From Coriobacteriaceae bacterium (GTDB taxonomy: Bacteria > Bacillota > Clostridia > Oscillospirales > Ruminococcaceae): a stretch of DNA of 64,000 nucleotides. Positions 39,373-47,875 of this stretch are shown in pieces (the first letter of the stretch is position 1; each line of letters begins with the position of its first letter). The notes under the pieces are model-generated. The model saw nothing but the letters and a program-made list of their open reading frames with translations. It was not told where the DNA came from and ran no database searches. The position numbers and the translations under genes were made by a program. The stretch is taken from the NCBI GenBank assembly GCA_963588145.1, contig CAVAGJ010000005.1, positions 8,726-72,725 on the forward strand, given 5' to 3'.

Positions 39373-40212
39373 GTGGCAGAACTGGAAAAGAAAACCGACA
39401 TGGCGGAAGATTTGAAAAAGGCGCTTGCCCTTTTCACCTTTAAAGGCCAGATGGACCGCTACAAGCCCCCGCGCGGCAGCCGCCTGCCGCTGGCCCCGAT
39501 GCTGGCCTCCCTGCAGGGGATGAGTCCCCGCCAGTGGGCCGCCTACGCCTTTGGACGTGACCCCCTGCGCGGCAAATTTACGCCGGAGCAGATGCTGGAA
39601 CTGGCGGACAAAGCCCTTGCCTGCGGCCAGGAAGAAGCCCGCAAGCTGCTGGATGCCCACCACGGCAAGGTGGAACCTACCCTGCTGGCGCGGGAACTGG
39701 GCCTTTCCATTGACAGGCCCGACATGCCCAACGGCGGCGGCCAGGTCATCTTTGCCCAGTATGAGGAGCCTGACAAGATCACTGTGTTTATGGACACGGT
39801 GGACAAGGCCAACGCCCTGCTAAGCCGCCGCCCGGACCTTGTGAACCTGCTGGGCAAGCGCAGCATTGAACGGGTGCTGGTGGCCCACGAGATTTTCCAC
39901 GCGGTGGAACTGCGGGCCAAAGATACCATCTTTACCCAAAGCTACCGCCTGCAGTTGTGGAAGCTGGGCCCCATCAAGAATGAATCCGGCGTGGCCTGCC
40001 TGGCCGAGATCGCGGGCATGGAATTTGCCCGTACGCTGCTGGACCTGGACTTCTGCCCCTACCTCTACGATGTGTTCTTTGTATCGCTGTATGATGCCCA
40101 GGCCGCCAGCGACCTGTACCGCAGCATCTGCCGCCTGTGCAGCCAGCCCTCCATCGAGGAAACGATGTCCCCGCAGGAGCTGCGTGCCGCATTGGATGCA
40201 GAAAACGAATAA
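39373..40212 (+). CDS. Hypothetical HEXXH protein, ImmA/IrrE (M78)-like
   Basis: AHEIFH plus downstream EIAGMEFARTLL; PTLLARELGLSI. Confidence 0.6.
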   Translation: MAELEKKTDMAEDLKKALALFTFKGQMDRYKPPRGSRLPLAPMLASLQGMSPRQWAAYAFGRDPLRGKFTPEQMLELADKALACGQEEARKLLDAHHGKVEPTLLARELGLSIDRPDMPNGGGQVIFAQYEEPDKITVFMDTVDKANALLSRRPDLVNLLGKRSIERVLVAHEIFHAVELRAKDTIFTQSYRLQLWKLGPIKNESGVACLAEIAGMEFARTLLDLDFCPYLYDVFFVSLYDAQAASDLYRSICRLCSQPSIEETMSPQELRAALDAENE

Positions 40213-40325
40213 GACATTCCCCAACTTCGTCATATACCCCAAGCAGCAAAGCAGCACCTGACCTCCCAGGTGCTGCTTTGTGGTTTATGGGGCGTATTTG
40301 TACAAAAATAACAAAAAATCCACTA

Positions 40326-40354
40326 TTGACGGCAAAACTTCTGCACGGTATACT
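40326..40354 (+). promoter_or_regulatory. sigma-A promoter of the FAD-oxidoreductase operon
   Basis: TTGACG-17 bp-TATACT. Confidence 0.7.
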
Positions 40355-40406
40355 GGTGTTATAGGTGATTTTCGGGTAGAATTTCGCCAGAAGGAGAGAA
40401 ATAAGT

Positions 40407-41840
40407 ATGTTGGACGTTCTGATCATTGGTGCAGGCGTTTCCGGCTGCGCCGCGGCGCGTGAGTTATCGCGCTGTAAAGCGGATATTCTGGTGCTGGATA
40501 AGGAGGAGGATGTCTGCTGCGGCACCTCCAAAGCCAACAGTGCCATTGTCCATGCAGGCTACGATGCCACCCACGGCAGCCTGATGGCAAAACTGAATGT
40601 GGAGGGCAGCCGCCGCATGCCCGCCCTGGCTAAAGAATTGGACTTTGCCTACGACCAGTGCGGCAGCCTGGTGGTATGTTTGAGCGAGCAGGACCGCCCC
40701 GGCCTGGAAAAGCTGTACGAAAACGGCGTAGCGAACGGGGTGGAGGGCCTGCGCATTATCGAGCGGGATGAACTGGTTGCCATGGAGCCGAACATTGCCG
40801 ATAATGCCGTGGCGGCCCTGTGGGCTCCCACCGGCGGCATCGTCTGCCCCTTTGGCCTGACCTACGCCTTTGCCGAGAACGCTGCCAAAAACGGCGTGAA
40901 ATTCCAGTTTGACACCACCGTCACCGGCTTTGCCCCCATCGAGGGCGGCTGGCGCGTGGACACCGACAAGGGCAGCTTTGAGACCCGCCTGGTGGTCAAC
41001 GCCGCCGGTGTGCATGCGGACGAACTGCACAACGCCGTGGATGCCGCCCACCCGATGCAGATCATTGCGCGGCGCGGCGATTACTTCCTGCTGGACCACG
41101 CGGCAGCGGGGCATGTCCACCACACCATCTTCCAGCTGCCGGGCAAGTACGGCAAGGGCGTGCTGGTCACCCCCACCGTGCACGGCAACCTGCTGGTCGG
41201 CCCCACGGCCATTGATGTGGACGACAAGGAGGCCACCGCCACCACGGCGGCAGGCCTGAACGAAGTGCGGGAGAAGTCCGGCCTGGCGGTGAAAGACCTG
41301 CCGATGCGCCAGACCATCACCAGTTTTGCGGGCCTGCGCGCCCACGAGCCGCGTCACGACTTCTTTATTGGCGAGATTGCCCCCGGCTTTGTGGACTGCG
41401 CCGCCATCGAGTCCCCCGGCCTGTCCAGCGCCCCCGCTGTGGGTGCCATGGTGGCCGATATCGTGAAAAACAGCCTGCATCTTGAGGATGATCCCACTTT
41501 TGATCCCACCCGCAAGGGGATTCTCGACCCCAAGACGCTGCCTTTTGAGGAACGCGCTAAACTTATCAAAGAGAATCCCGCTTACGGCCAGATCATCTGC
41601 CGCTGCGAGAGCGTGACCGAGGGCGAGATCATCGAGGCCATCCACCGTGTGCCCGGTGCCCGCAGCCTGGACGGCGTAAAGCGCCGCACCCGCGCCGGTA
41701 TGGGTCGCTGCCAAGCAGGCTTCTGCAGCCCTCGCGTGATGGAAATTTTGGCCCGCGAACTGGGTGTGCCGCAAAGCGAGATCACCAAGGCTGGCGGCCA
41801 ATCCAAGATCATCGTTGGCACCAACAAGGATACATTTTAA
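40407..41840 (+). CDS. FAD-dependent oxidoreductase with a C-terminal BFD-like [2Fe-2S] domain (GlpA/LhgO-like)
   Basis: IIGAGVSG, SKANSAIVHAG, GKGVLV, SPGLSSAP, CRCE...GRCQAGFC. Confidence 0.88.
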   Translation: MLDVLIIGAGVSGCAAARELSRCKADILVLDKEEDVCCGTSKANSAIVHAGYDATHGSLMAKLNVEGSRRMPALAKELDFAYDQCGSLVVCLSEQDRPGLEKLYENGVANGVEGLRIIERDELVAMEPNIADNAVAALWAPTGGIVCPFGLTYAFAENAAKNGVKFQFDTTVTGFAPIEGGWRVDTDKGSFETRLVVNAAGVHADELHNAVDAAHPMQIIARRGDYFLLDHAAAGHVHHTIFQLPGKYGKGVLVTPTVHGNLLVGPTAIDVDDKEATATTAAGLNEVREKSGLAVKDLPMRQTITSFAGLRAHEPRHDFFIGEIAPGFVDCAAIESPGLSSAPAVGAMVADIVKNSLHLEDDPTFDPTRKGILDPKTLPFEERAKLIKENPAYGQIICRCESVTEGEIIEAIHRVPGARSLDGVKRRTRAGMGRCQAGFCSPRVMEILARELGVPQSEITKAGGQSKIIVGTNKDTF

Positions 41841-41854
41841 AGGAGGGGCTGGAT

Positions 41855-43111
41855 ATGAATAACGTAGATCTCGTCATCATCGGCGGCGGCCCCGCAGGGC
41901 TGGCGGCAGCCGTAGCTGCCCGCAAGGCCGGTGTGGAAAACCTGCTGATTTTAGAGCGCGACAGCGAACTGGGCGGCATTTTGAACCAGTGCATCCACAA
42001 CGGTTTTGGCCTGCATACCTTTAAAGAGGAGTTGACCGGCCCCGAGTACGCGGCCCGGTTCATCGCCCAGGCCGAGGAACTGCACATTCCCTACAAGCTC
42101 AATACCATGGTGCTGGACCTGGCGGCGGACAAGACCGTGACCGCCATGAATAAAACAGACGGCCTGTTCCAGCTGCACCCGAAAGCCGTGATTCTGGCCA
42201 TGGGCTGCCGGGAGCGCCCCCGTGGTGCGCTGAACATCCCCGGCTACCGCCCTGCCGGTATCTACACCGCCGGTACGGCACAACGCCTTGTAAACATGGA
42301 GGGCTATCTGCCCGGCCGCAAGGTGGTCATCCTTGGCTCCGGCGATATCGGCCTGATTATGGCCCGCCGCATGACGCTGGAGGGTGCGCAGGTGCAGGTC
42401 GTGGCCGAACTGATGCCCTATTCCGGCGGCCTGAAACGCAACATTGTGCAATGCCTGGACGACTTCGGCATCCCCCTGAAATTGAGCCACACGGTCGTAG
42501 ATATTCAGGGCAAGGAGCGGGTCGAGGGCATCACCCTGGCCCGCGTGGAAAACGGCAAGCCCGTCCCCGGCACTGAGGAACACTACGACTGCGACACGCT
42601 GCTGCTCTCCTGCGGATTGCTGCCTGAAAACGAGTTGAGCCGCGCCGCCGGTGTGGCGTTAAGCCCCATCACCAGCGGGCCGCTGGTCAACGAAAGTCTG
42701 GAGACCAGCATTCCCGGCGTGTTTGCGGCGGGCAATGTGCTGCATGTGCATGACCTGGTGGACTATGTTTCCGAGGAAGCCGGTGCCGCCGGTGCCCAGG
42801 CCGCTGCCTATTTACAGAACGGCGAGCAGGATGCCCCGGCCATCCCGGTACATTGCGAGAACGGTGTGCGCTACACCGTGCCCGCCACGGTGCGCCCGGC
42901 CTGCGCTGGGGATACCGTGACCATCCGCTTCCGCGTGGGCGGCGTGTTCAAGAACAAAAAGATCGCCGTGTATCTGGGCGACACCTGCATTTTCAGCCGC
43001 AAGCGGCCCGTGCTGGCCCCCGGCGAGATGGAAACGGTCCGCCTGAAAGGGGCCGACCTGCGCGCCCATCCTGACGCCTCGTGCCTGACTGTTACGCTGG
43101 AGGAGGCCTGA
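41855..43111 (+). CDS. NAD(P)/FAD-dependent oxidoreductase (partner subunit)
   Basis: GGGPAG, GGILNQCIHNGFG, AMGCRER, GSGDIG, GNVLHVHD. Confidence 0.85.
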   Translation: MNNVDLVIIGGGPAGLAAAVAARKAGVENLLILERDSELGGILNQCIHNGFGLHTFKEELTGPEYAARFIAQAEELHIPYKLNTMVLDLAADKTVTAMNKTDGLFQLHPKAVILAMGCRERPRGALNIPGYRPAGIYTAGTAQRLVNMEGYLPGRKVVILGSGDIGLIMARRMTLEGAQVQVVAELMPYSGGLKRNIVQCLDDFGIPLKLSHTVVDIQGKERVEGITLARVENGKPVPGTEEHYDCDTLLLSCGLLPENELSRAAGVALSPITSGPLVNESLETSIPGVFAAGNVLHVHDLVDYVSEEAGAAGAQAAAYLQNGEQDAPAIPVHCENGVRYTVPATVRPACAGDTVTIRFRVGGVFKNKKIAVYLGDTCIFSRKRPVLAPGEMETVRLKGADLRAHPDASCLTVTLEEA

Positions 43112-43113
43112 TT

Positions 43114-43485
43114 ATGGAAACGAAAAAGATCGAACTTACCTGCATCGGCTGCCCCATGGGCTGCCCGCTGACCGTCACGATGGAAAATGGAGCGGTCGCT
43201 TCCGTCACCGGCAACACCTGCCCACGCGGCGATGCCTACGCCCGCAAGGAGGTCACCGCCCCCACCCGCATTGTGACCAGCACCGTCCGTGTGACCGGCG
43301 GTACCCTGGCGATGGTCAGCTGCAAGACCCGCAGCGACATCCCCAAAGGCAAAATTTTTGATGTGGTCCGTGCGCTGAAAGACGTGGAAGTCCCCGCGCC
43401 CGTGACCATCGGCCAGGTTTTGGCCAAGAATGTAGCGGGCACCGGCGTGGATATCATTGCCACAAAAAATATTGCGCGCGCCTGA
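43114..43485 (+). CDS. DUF1667 (CxxC) small subunit
   Basis: CIGCPMGC...GNTCPRG, PTRIVTSTV. Confidence 0.85.
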   Translation: METKKIELTCIGCPMGCPLTVTMENGAVASVTGNTCPRGDAYARKEVTAPTRIVTSTVRVTGGTLAMVSCKTRSDIPKGKIFDVVRALKDVEVPAPVTIGQVLAKNVAGTGVDIIATKNIARA

Positions 43486-43542
43486 TTTTGTGGTAGAATA
43501 GGGAAAGTACGAAGTATACAAAAAGCATAGAGGGAAACTACC

Positions 43543-44409
43543 ATGAATGAAACCACCCGCGCCGATATTGCCATTATCGGCACCGGGCCTGCCGGTGTAT
43601 CGGCGGCCATCACCGCCCGCGTACGCGGCAAGCAGGTCCTTTTGTTTGGCAGCAAAGGGCTGACGACCAAGATGACCAAGGCCCACACCATCCGCAACTA
43701 CCCCGGCCTGCCGGACATTACCGGTGCCGACCTGGCCGACAAACTCAAGCACCATCTGGACGTGATGGGCGTGGAGATCACCGAGAAGCAGGTCACGGCG
43801 GTCTACGCCATGGGCAGCTATTTCGGCATCCAGACACCGGACATCATGTACGAAGCATCGTCTGTTATTTTAGCAGGCGGTGTTGTGATGGGCAAGCCGT
43901 TCCTCGGCGAGGATGAACTGCTGGGCCGCGGCGTAAGCTACTGCGCCACCTGCGATGCCCATTTTTACAAGGGCAAGGCCGTGGCCGTGCTGGGCTACAA
44001 CGCCGAAAGCTGCCGCGAGGCAGACTTTTTGGCCGAGACCTGTGCCCAGGTGCTGTATTTCCCGGTCGTCCCCCACGAGGTCACAGTCGGCCCCGGCGTG
44101 ACCGTGGTGCGGGAGAAAGTGCAGTCCATCCCCGGCACGATGAAAGCCGAGGGGGTGCAGACCGACAAAGCCCTGCACACCGTGGACGGCGTGTTTGTGC
44201 TGCGGGATGCCGTAGCGCCGGACAAGCTGGTGCCGGGTCTGGCTACCGATGGCCCCCACGTGGCCGTGGATGCCCAGATGCGCACCAACCTGCCGGGCTG
44301 CTTCGCCTGCGGTGACCTGGCCGGTAAGCCCTACCAGTATATCAAGGCCGCCGGGCAGGGCAACATTGCCGCCCTGTCGGCTGTGGAATGGCTGGCCGAG
44401 CAGAAGTAA
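43543..44409 (+). CDS. Thioredoxin reductase-like flavoprotein lacking NADPH-binding motifs
   Basis: GTGPAG, NYPG, GVSYCATCD, FACGD, QYIKAAGQG. GGGxxA and HRR are absent. Confidence 0.82.
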   Translation: MNETTRADIAIIGTGPAGVSAAITARVRGKQVLLFGSKGLTTKMTKAHTIRNYPGLPDITGADLADKLKHHLDVMGVEITEKQVTAVYAMGSYFGIQTPDIMYEASSVILAGGVVMGKPFLGEDELLGRGVSYCATCDAHFYKGKAVAVLGYNAESCREADFLAETCAQVLYFPVVPHEVTVGPGVTVVREKVQSIPGTMKAEGVQTDKALHTVDGVFVLRDAVAPDKLVPGLATDGPHVAVDAQMRTNLPGCFACGDLAGKPYQYIKAAGQGNIAALSAVEWLAEQK

Positions 44410-44426
44410 GCCTTACCCAATAACGC

Positions 44427-44475
44427 AAAAAGCGCCCCCGGTGGTCCGCAACAGGACCGCCGGGGGCGCTTATTT
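44427..44475. terminator. Bidirectional terminator
   Basis: AAGCGCCCCCGGTGGTCC...GGACCGCCGGGGGCGCTT between convergent genes. Confidence 0.8.
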
Positions 44476-44481
44476 GTGGTG

Positions 44482-45711
44482 TTATCCTTGCACCAGCACC
44501 ACGCTTACATCGTTTACATTGGTGCCGGTGGGGCCGGTGACCAACAGGCCATCCACTGCCTGCAGGGCGTGGTAGGCATCATTGTCCGCCAGCACAGCGG
44601 GCACGGTCAGGCCGTGGGCAGCAAGGGCAGCGTCCGTATCGCCGTCCGTGTAGCCGCCCGCCGCATCGGTGGGGCCATCGGTGCCGTCACTGCCTACCGA
44701 GAATACGCAGGCATTCAGCCCCGCCAGCGCCGGGGCGGCGGCCAGGGCCAATTCCTGGTTGCGGCCGCCTAAACCGTGGCCGGTCAGGTGGACAACTGTC
44801 TCGCCGCCCGCCAAAAAGGCCAGCTTTTGCCCCTGCCCGGCGTGGGTCTGGGCCATACTGCCCAAAAAGCGTCCGGCTTCGCGGGCTTCGCAGTTCAGCC
44901 GGTCGGTCAGCAGCACGGGGGTGTAGCCCGCCTGGCGGCAGGCATCGGCCGCAGCAGCGCACAGTTCCCGCACACTGCCAGTGATTTTTGTCGTCACGTT
45001 ATCCAGCGCTTTCGGCGTTTCCTGCGTGAGAAGCGCCGCAGCCGCCGGGGAGAGTTTCAGCCCATACCACGCGGCGATGGCCTTTGCTTCGGCGCAGGTG
45101 GAACTGTCCGGGCAGGCGGGACCGCTGGCGATCATATCCAGCGGGTCACCCAAAATATCGCTGAGCACGATGCTGTACACCTGCGCCGGGGCACAGGCCT
45201 GGGCAAACCGCCCGCCTTTCACACCGGACAGGCGCTTGCGGATGGTGTTCATCTCCACAATGTCCGCGCCGCTGGCCAGCAATTGGGAGGTGATATCCTG
45301 CAATTCTGCGCCGGGGATCAGCGGCTTTTCAAATAGCGCACTGCCGCCGCCGGAAAGCAGAAACAGCACGGTATCCTGCGCCGTCAGCCCCTGCACCAGC
45401 GCCAGCGCCTTTTCGGTGGCGGCAAAGCCTGCTTCGTCAGGCACCGGGTGGGCGGCCTCATAGCAGGTCACGCCGGGGATCTCGCCTTTTACGTGGCCGT
45501 ATTTGGTAATGACCACGCCGCCGTCCGGCTGGCCCAGCACCGCTGCGGCGGCATGGGCCATCTGCCAGGCAGCTTTGCCAGCCGCTACCAGGAACACCCG
45601 CCCTGCCGGGGCAAAGCCCTGCAATGCACGGCGCACGGCTTCATCCGGCAGCACGGCACGGATGCTGGCGGCTACGATGGTTTCGGCTTGGGCATGCAGG
45701 GTGGTATTCAT
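44482..45711 (-). CDS. Glycerate kinase, class II (MOFRL/GckA/TtuD family)
   Basis: GKAA, HPVPD, SGGGSAL, VKGG, IASGP, GGRNQE, DGTDG, TGTNVND. Confidence 0.92.
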   Translation of the reverse strand: MNTTLHAQAETIVAASIRAVLPDEAVRRALQGFAPAGRVFLVAAGKAAWQMAHAAAAVLGQPDGGVVITKYGHVKGEIPGVTCYEAAHPVPDEAGFAATEKALALVQGLTAQDTVLFLLSGGGSALFEKPLIPGAELQDITSQLLASGADIVEMNTIRKRLSGVKGGRFAQACAPAQVYSIVLSDILGDPLDMIASGPACPDSSTCAEAKAIAAWYGLKLSPAAAALLTQETPKALDNVTTKITGSVRELCAAAADACRQAGYTPVLLTDRLNCEAREAGRFLGSMAQTHAGQGQKLAFLAGGETVVHLTGHGLGGRNQELALAAAPALAGLNACVFSVGSDGTDGPTDAAGGYTDGDTDAALAAHGLTVPAVLADNDAYHALQAVDGLLVTGPTGTNVNDVSVVLVQG

Positions 45712-45726
45712 GGCAAAGACTCCTTT

Positions 45727-46626
45727 TTATAAAAGTCCGGCGGCGGTCATGGTGCGCACAAACCCATCGCGGGCGGCACCGTCAGGCGTAGGCAGGCTGG
45801 GCAGGTAGGGCACACCCACATCCCGCCCGCGCAGGGCGGCCATATCCTTGGCCGCTACGGGGAAGCTGGCGGCATCCATCGAGAGCCGCACCGGGTTCAG
45901 CTTGAACTGGGCTTCCAGGCTGCCGGACAGGTCGCCGGCGGCAAACTTGTTGTACACATCGGTGATGAGTTCCGGCATAAAGTTGGCGGCGGTGCAAACC
46001 CCGCCCACCGCGCCGTGGCACAGGCTGGCGTAAAGCAGCGTATCCTTGCCGCCGAACACCTTAAAGCCCACATCCCGCGTACGGCGGATGAACTCCTCGG
46101 TCAGGGTGATGTCGCCGCTGGTGTCTTTCATGCCCACAATATTGGGCACCTGATGGGCCAGTTCGTCCACCAACTGGGCGGTCAGCGTATAGCCGACCCG
46201 TCCGGGATTATTATACAGCAGAACCGGCGTATCGGGAATACTCTCGGCAATGGTTTTAAAGTGGAGGAACAGCTCATCGTAGGTCGGCTTTAAGAACATG
46301 GGCTGCAAAACGCTGACCGCCGCCGCGCCGTTTGCCACGGCCATTTGGGCCAGGCGGCAGCACTTTTTGGTGTTGATGGCCCCGATGCCGAAGTAGACCG
46401 GCACCCGCCCAGCCGCCTGGTCCACCATGATGCGTAGACCGCGCTGCATCTCGTCCTCCTCCAGCATATAGAATTCGCCGTTGGAGCCGAAGGCCAGGAT
46501 GCCGGTGACACCGCCCTCGATGACGTAATCCACCTGGGCGCGCTGTTTGGCCTCATCGATCTTCTCGTCCTCGTCCACGATGGTCAGGATCGGGACGACA
46601 ACACCTTTGATGAAATCGGTATTCAT
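45727..46626 (-). CDS. DapA/NAL-family class I aldolase, probable 2-keto-3-deoxy-sugar-acid aldolase
   Basis: GSNGEF, LYNNP, Schiff-base GMKDTSG; located between garR and glycerate kinase. Confidence 0.82.
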   Translation of the reverse strand: MNTDFIKGVVVPILTIVDEDEKIDEAKQRAQVDYVIEGGVTGILAFGSNGEFYMLEEDEMQRGLRIMVDQAAGRVPVYFGIGAINTKKCCRLAQMAVANGAAAVSVLQPMFLKPTYDELFLHFKTIAESIPDTPVLLYNNPGRVGYTLTAQLVDELAHQVPNIVGMKDTSGDITLTEEFIRRTRDVGFKVFGGKDTLLYASLCHGAVGGVCTAANFMPELITDVYNKFAAGDLSGSLEAQFKLNPVRLSMDAASFPVAAKDMAALRGRDVGVPYLPSLPTPDGAARDGFVRTMTAAGLL

Positions 46627-46641
46627 AGCGTCCCCCTCTTT

Positions 46642-47526
46642 TCAGCGACCCAGTTTGATGCCGGTCAGGTACTCGTAATACTGGGCGATGGCGCTGTGGT
46701 CTTTCTGGCCACCCTCGTGGTTATGCAGCCATTGCAAAATCTCCTGCACCTCGGCAGTCATGGGCACGGGGGCACCCACGCTGTGGGCGCAGTCCAGTAC
46801 ATTGTTCAGATCCTTGATGTGCAGGTCGATCTTGAAGCCCGGCTTATCGTTGCCCGCGATCATCATGGGGGCCTTGGCGTTCATGACGGTGGAACCGGCC
46901 AGGCCGCCCTTGATGGCCTCAAACACCATGCTGGGGTCGACACCGGCTTTCTGGGCCAGGGTCAGGGCCTCGGCCAGGGCCTGGATGTTGCAGGCCACGA
47001 TGATCTGGTTGGCCAGCTTGGTGGTGTTGCCCGCGCCGACCTCGCCGCAGCGCACAACGGATGCGCCCATGGCGGACAGGATGGGTTTGCAGGCATTGAA
47101 GGTCTCCTCGTCGCCGCCTACCATAAAGGACAGCGTGCCGTCGATGGCCTTCGGCTCACCGCCGGAGACGGGGGCGTCCAGCATCTTGACACCCTTTTCG
47201 GCCAGAGCGGCGGCGATCTCCTTGCTGGCGACGGGGTTGATGGAGCTGCAGTCAATAAAGGTAGCGCCCGCTTTCATGTGGGCGGCCACGCCGTCCGCGC
47301 CCAGCATCACTTCCTTGACCTGGGGGGAGTTGGGCAGCATCGTGATGACCACATCGCACTGGTCGCCGATCTCCTGCTGTGTGGCGGCGGTGGCACCGCA
47401 GGCGGCCAGCTCCTCCATCGGGGCGGCGGAACGGTTGTTGACCAGCAGGTCGGTGTAGCCTGCCTTTAAAAGATTCTTTGCCATAGGTTTGCCCATGATG
47501 CCCAAGCCGATAAATCCGATTTTCAT
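46642..47526 (-). CDS. garR: 2-hydroxy-3-oxopropionate (tartronate semialdehyde) reductase
   Basis: IGFIGLGIMGKPM, MLPNSPQV, DAPVSGGEPKA, KLANQ, PGFKIDLHIKDL. Confidence 0.9.
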   Translation of the reverse strand: MKIGFIGLGIMGKPMAKNLLKAGYTDLLVNNRSAAPMEELAACGATAATQQEIGDQCDVVITMLPNSPQVKEVMLGADGVAAHMKAGATFIDCSSINPVASKEIAAALAEKGVKMLDAPVSGGEPKAIDGTLSFMVGGDEETFNACKPILSAMGASVVRCGEVGAGNTTKLANQIIVACNIQALAEALTLAQKAGVDPSMVFEAIKGGLAGSTVMNAKAPMMIAGNDKPGFKIDLHIKDLNNVLDCAHSVGAPVPMTAEVQEILQWLHNHEGGQKDHSAIAQYYEYLTGIKLGR

Positions 47527-47574
47527 ATTGCATACCTCCATGTTTTGTGGTGGGTTTGGTTTCGTTCTGGCTTT

Positions 47575-47603
47575 AGTATACGGGATGGGCGGTTTTGCGG
47601 CAA
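47575..47603 (-). promoter_or_regulatory. sigma-A promoter for the garR operon
   Basis: Minus strand TTGCCG-17 bp-TATACT. Confidence 0.62.
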
Positions 47604-47806
47604 TAGGCAGGGTGACGGAAAAGGTCTGTACATTTTAGTACAAACGGAAAAGTTGCGCGTTTTGAAACGAATTTAAAATGCAAATTGCAATTTTATTGCA
47701 ACTCGCCGTTGCAATTTGTGAAACGTTTTGAAATATTGCATTGCAAAAAGTGCATTTCTATCGCAACCTGCCAAAGCGGACGGCGGCATTTCGGGCAGTT
47801 TGCACA

Positions 47807-47836
47807 TTGCCGCCGCGCGGGTTCCCCTGCTACAAT
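47807..47836 (+). promoter_or_regulatory. sigma-A promoter for the enolase-superfamily gene
   Basis: TTGCCG-18 bp-TACAAT with extended TG. Confidence 0.55.
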
Positions 47837-47875
47837 AAGGGCAAAGAAACAAAGCAACTACAGGAGGGATCGATC

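Noticed and set aside
47527..47875. sigma54 promoter for the catabolic genes
   Set aside because: No correctly spaced GG-N10-GC with TGGCAC context was found by eye; sigma-A-like boxes are present instead.
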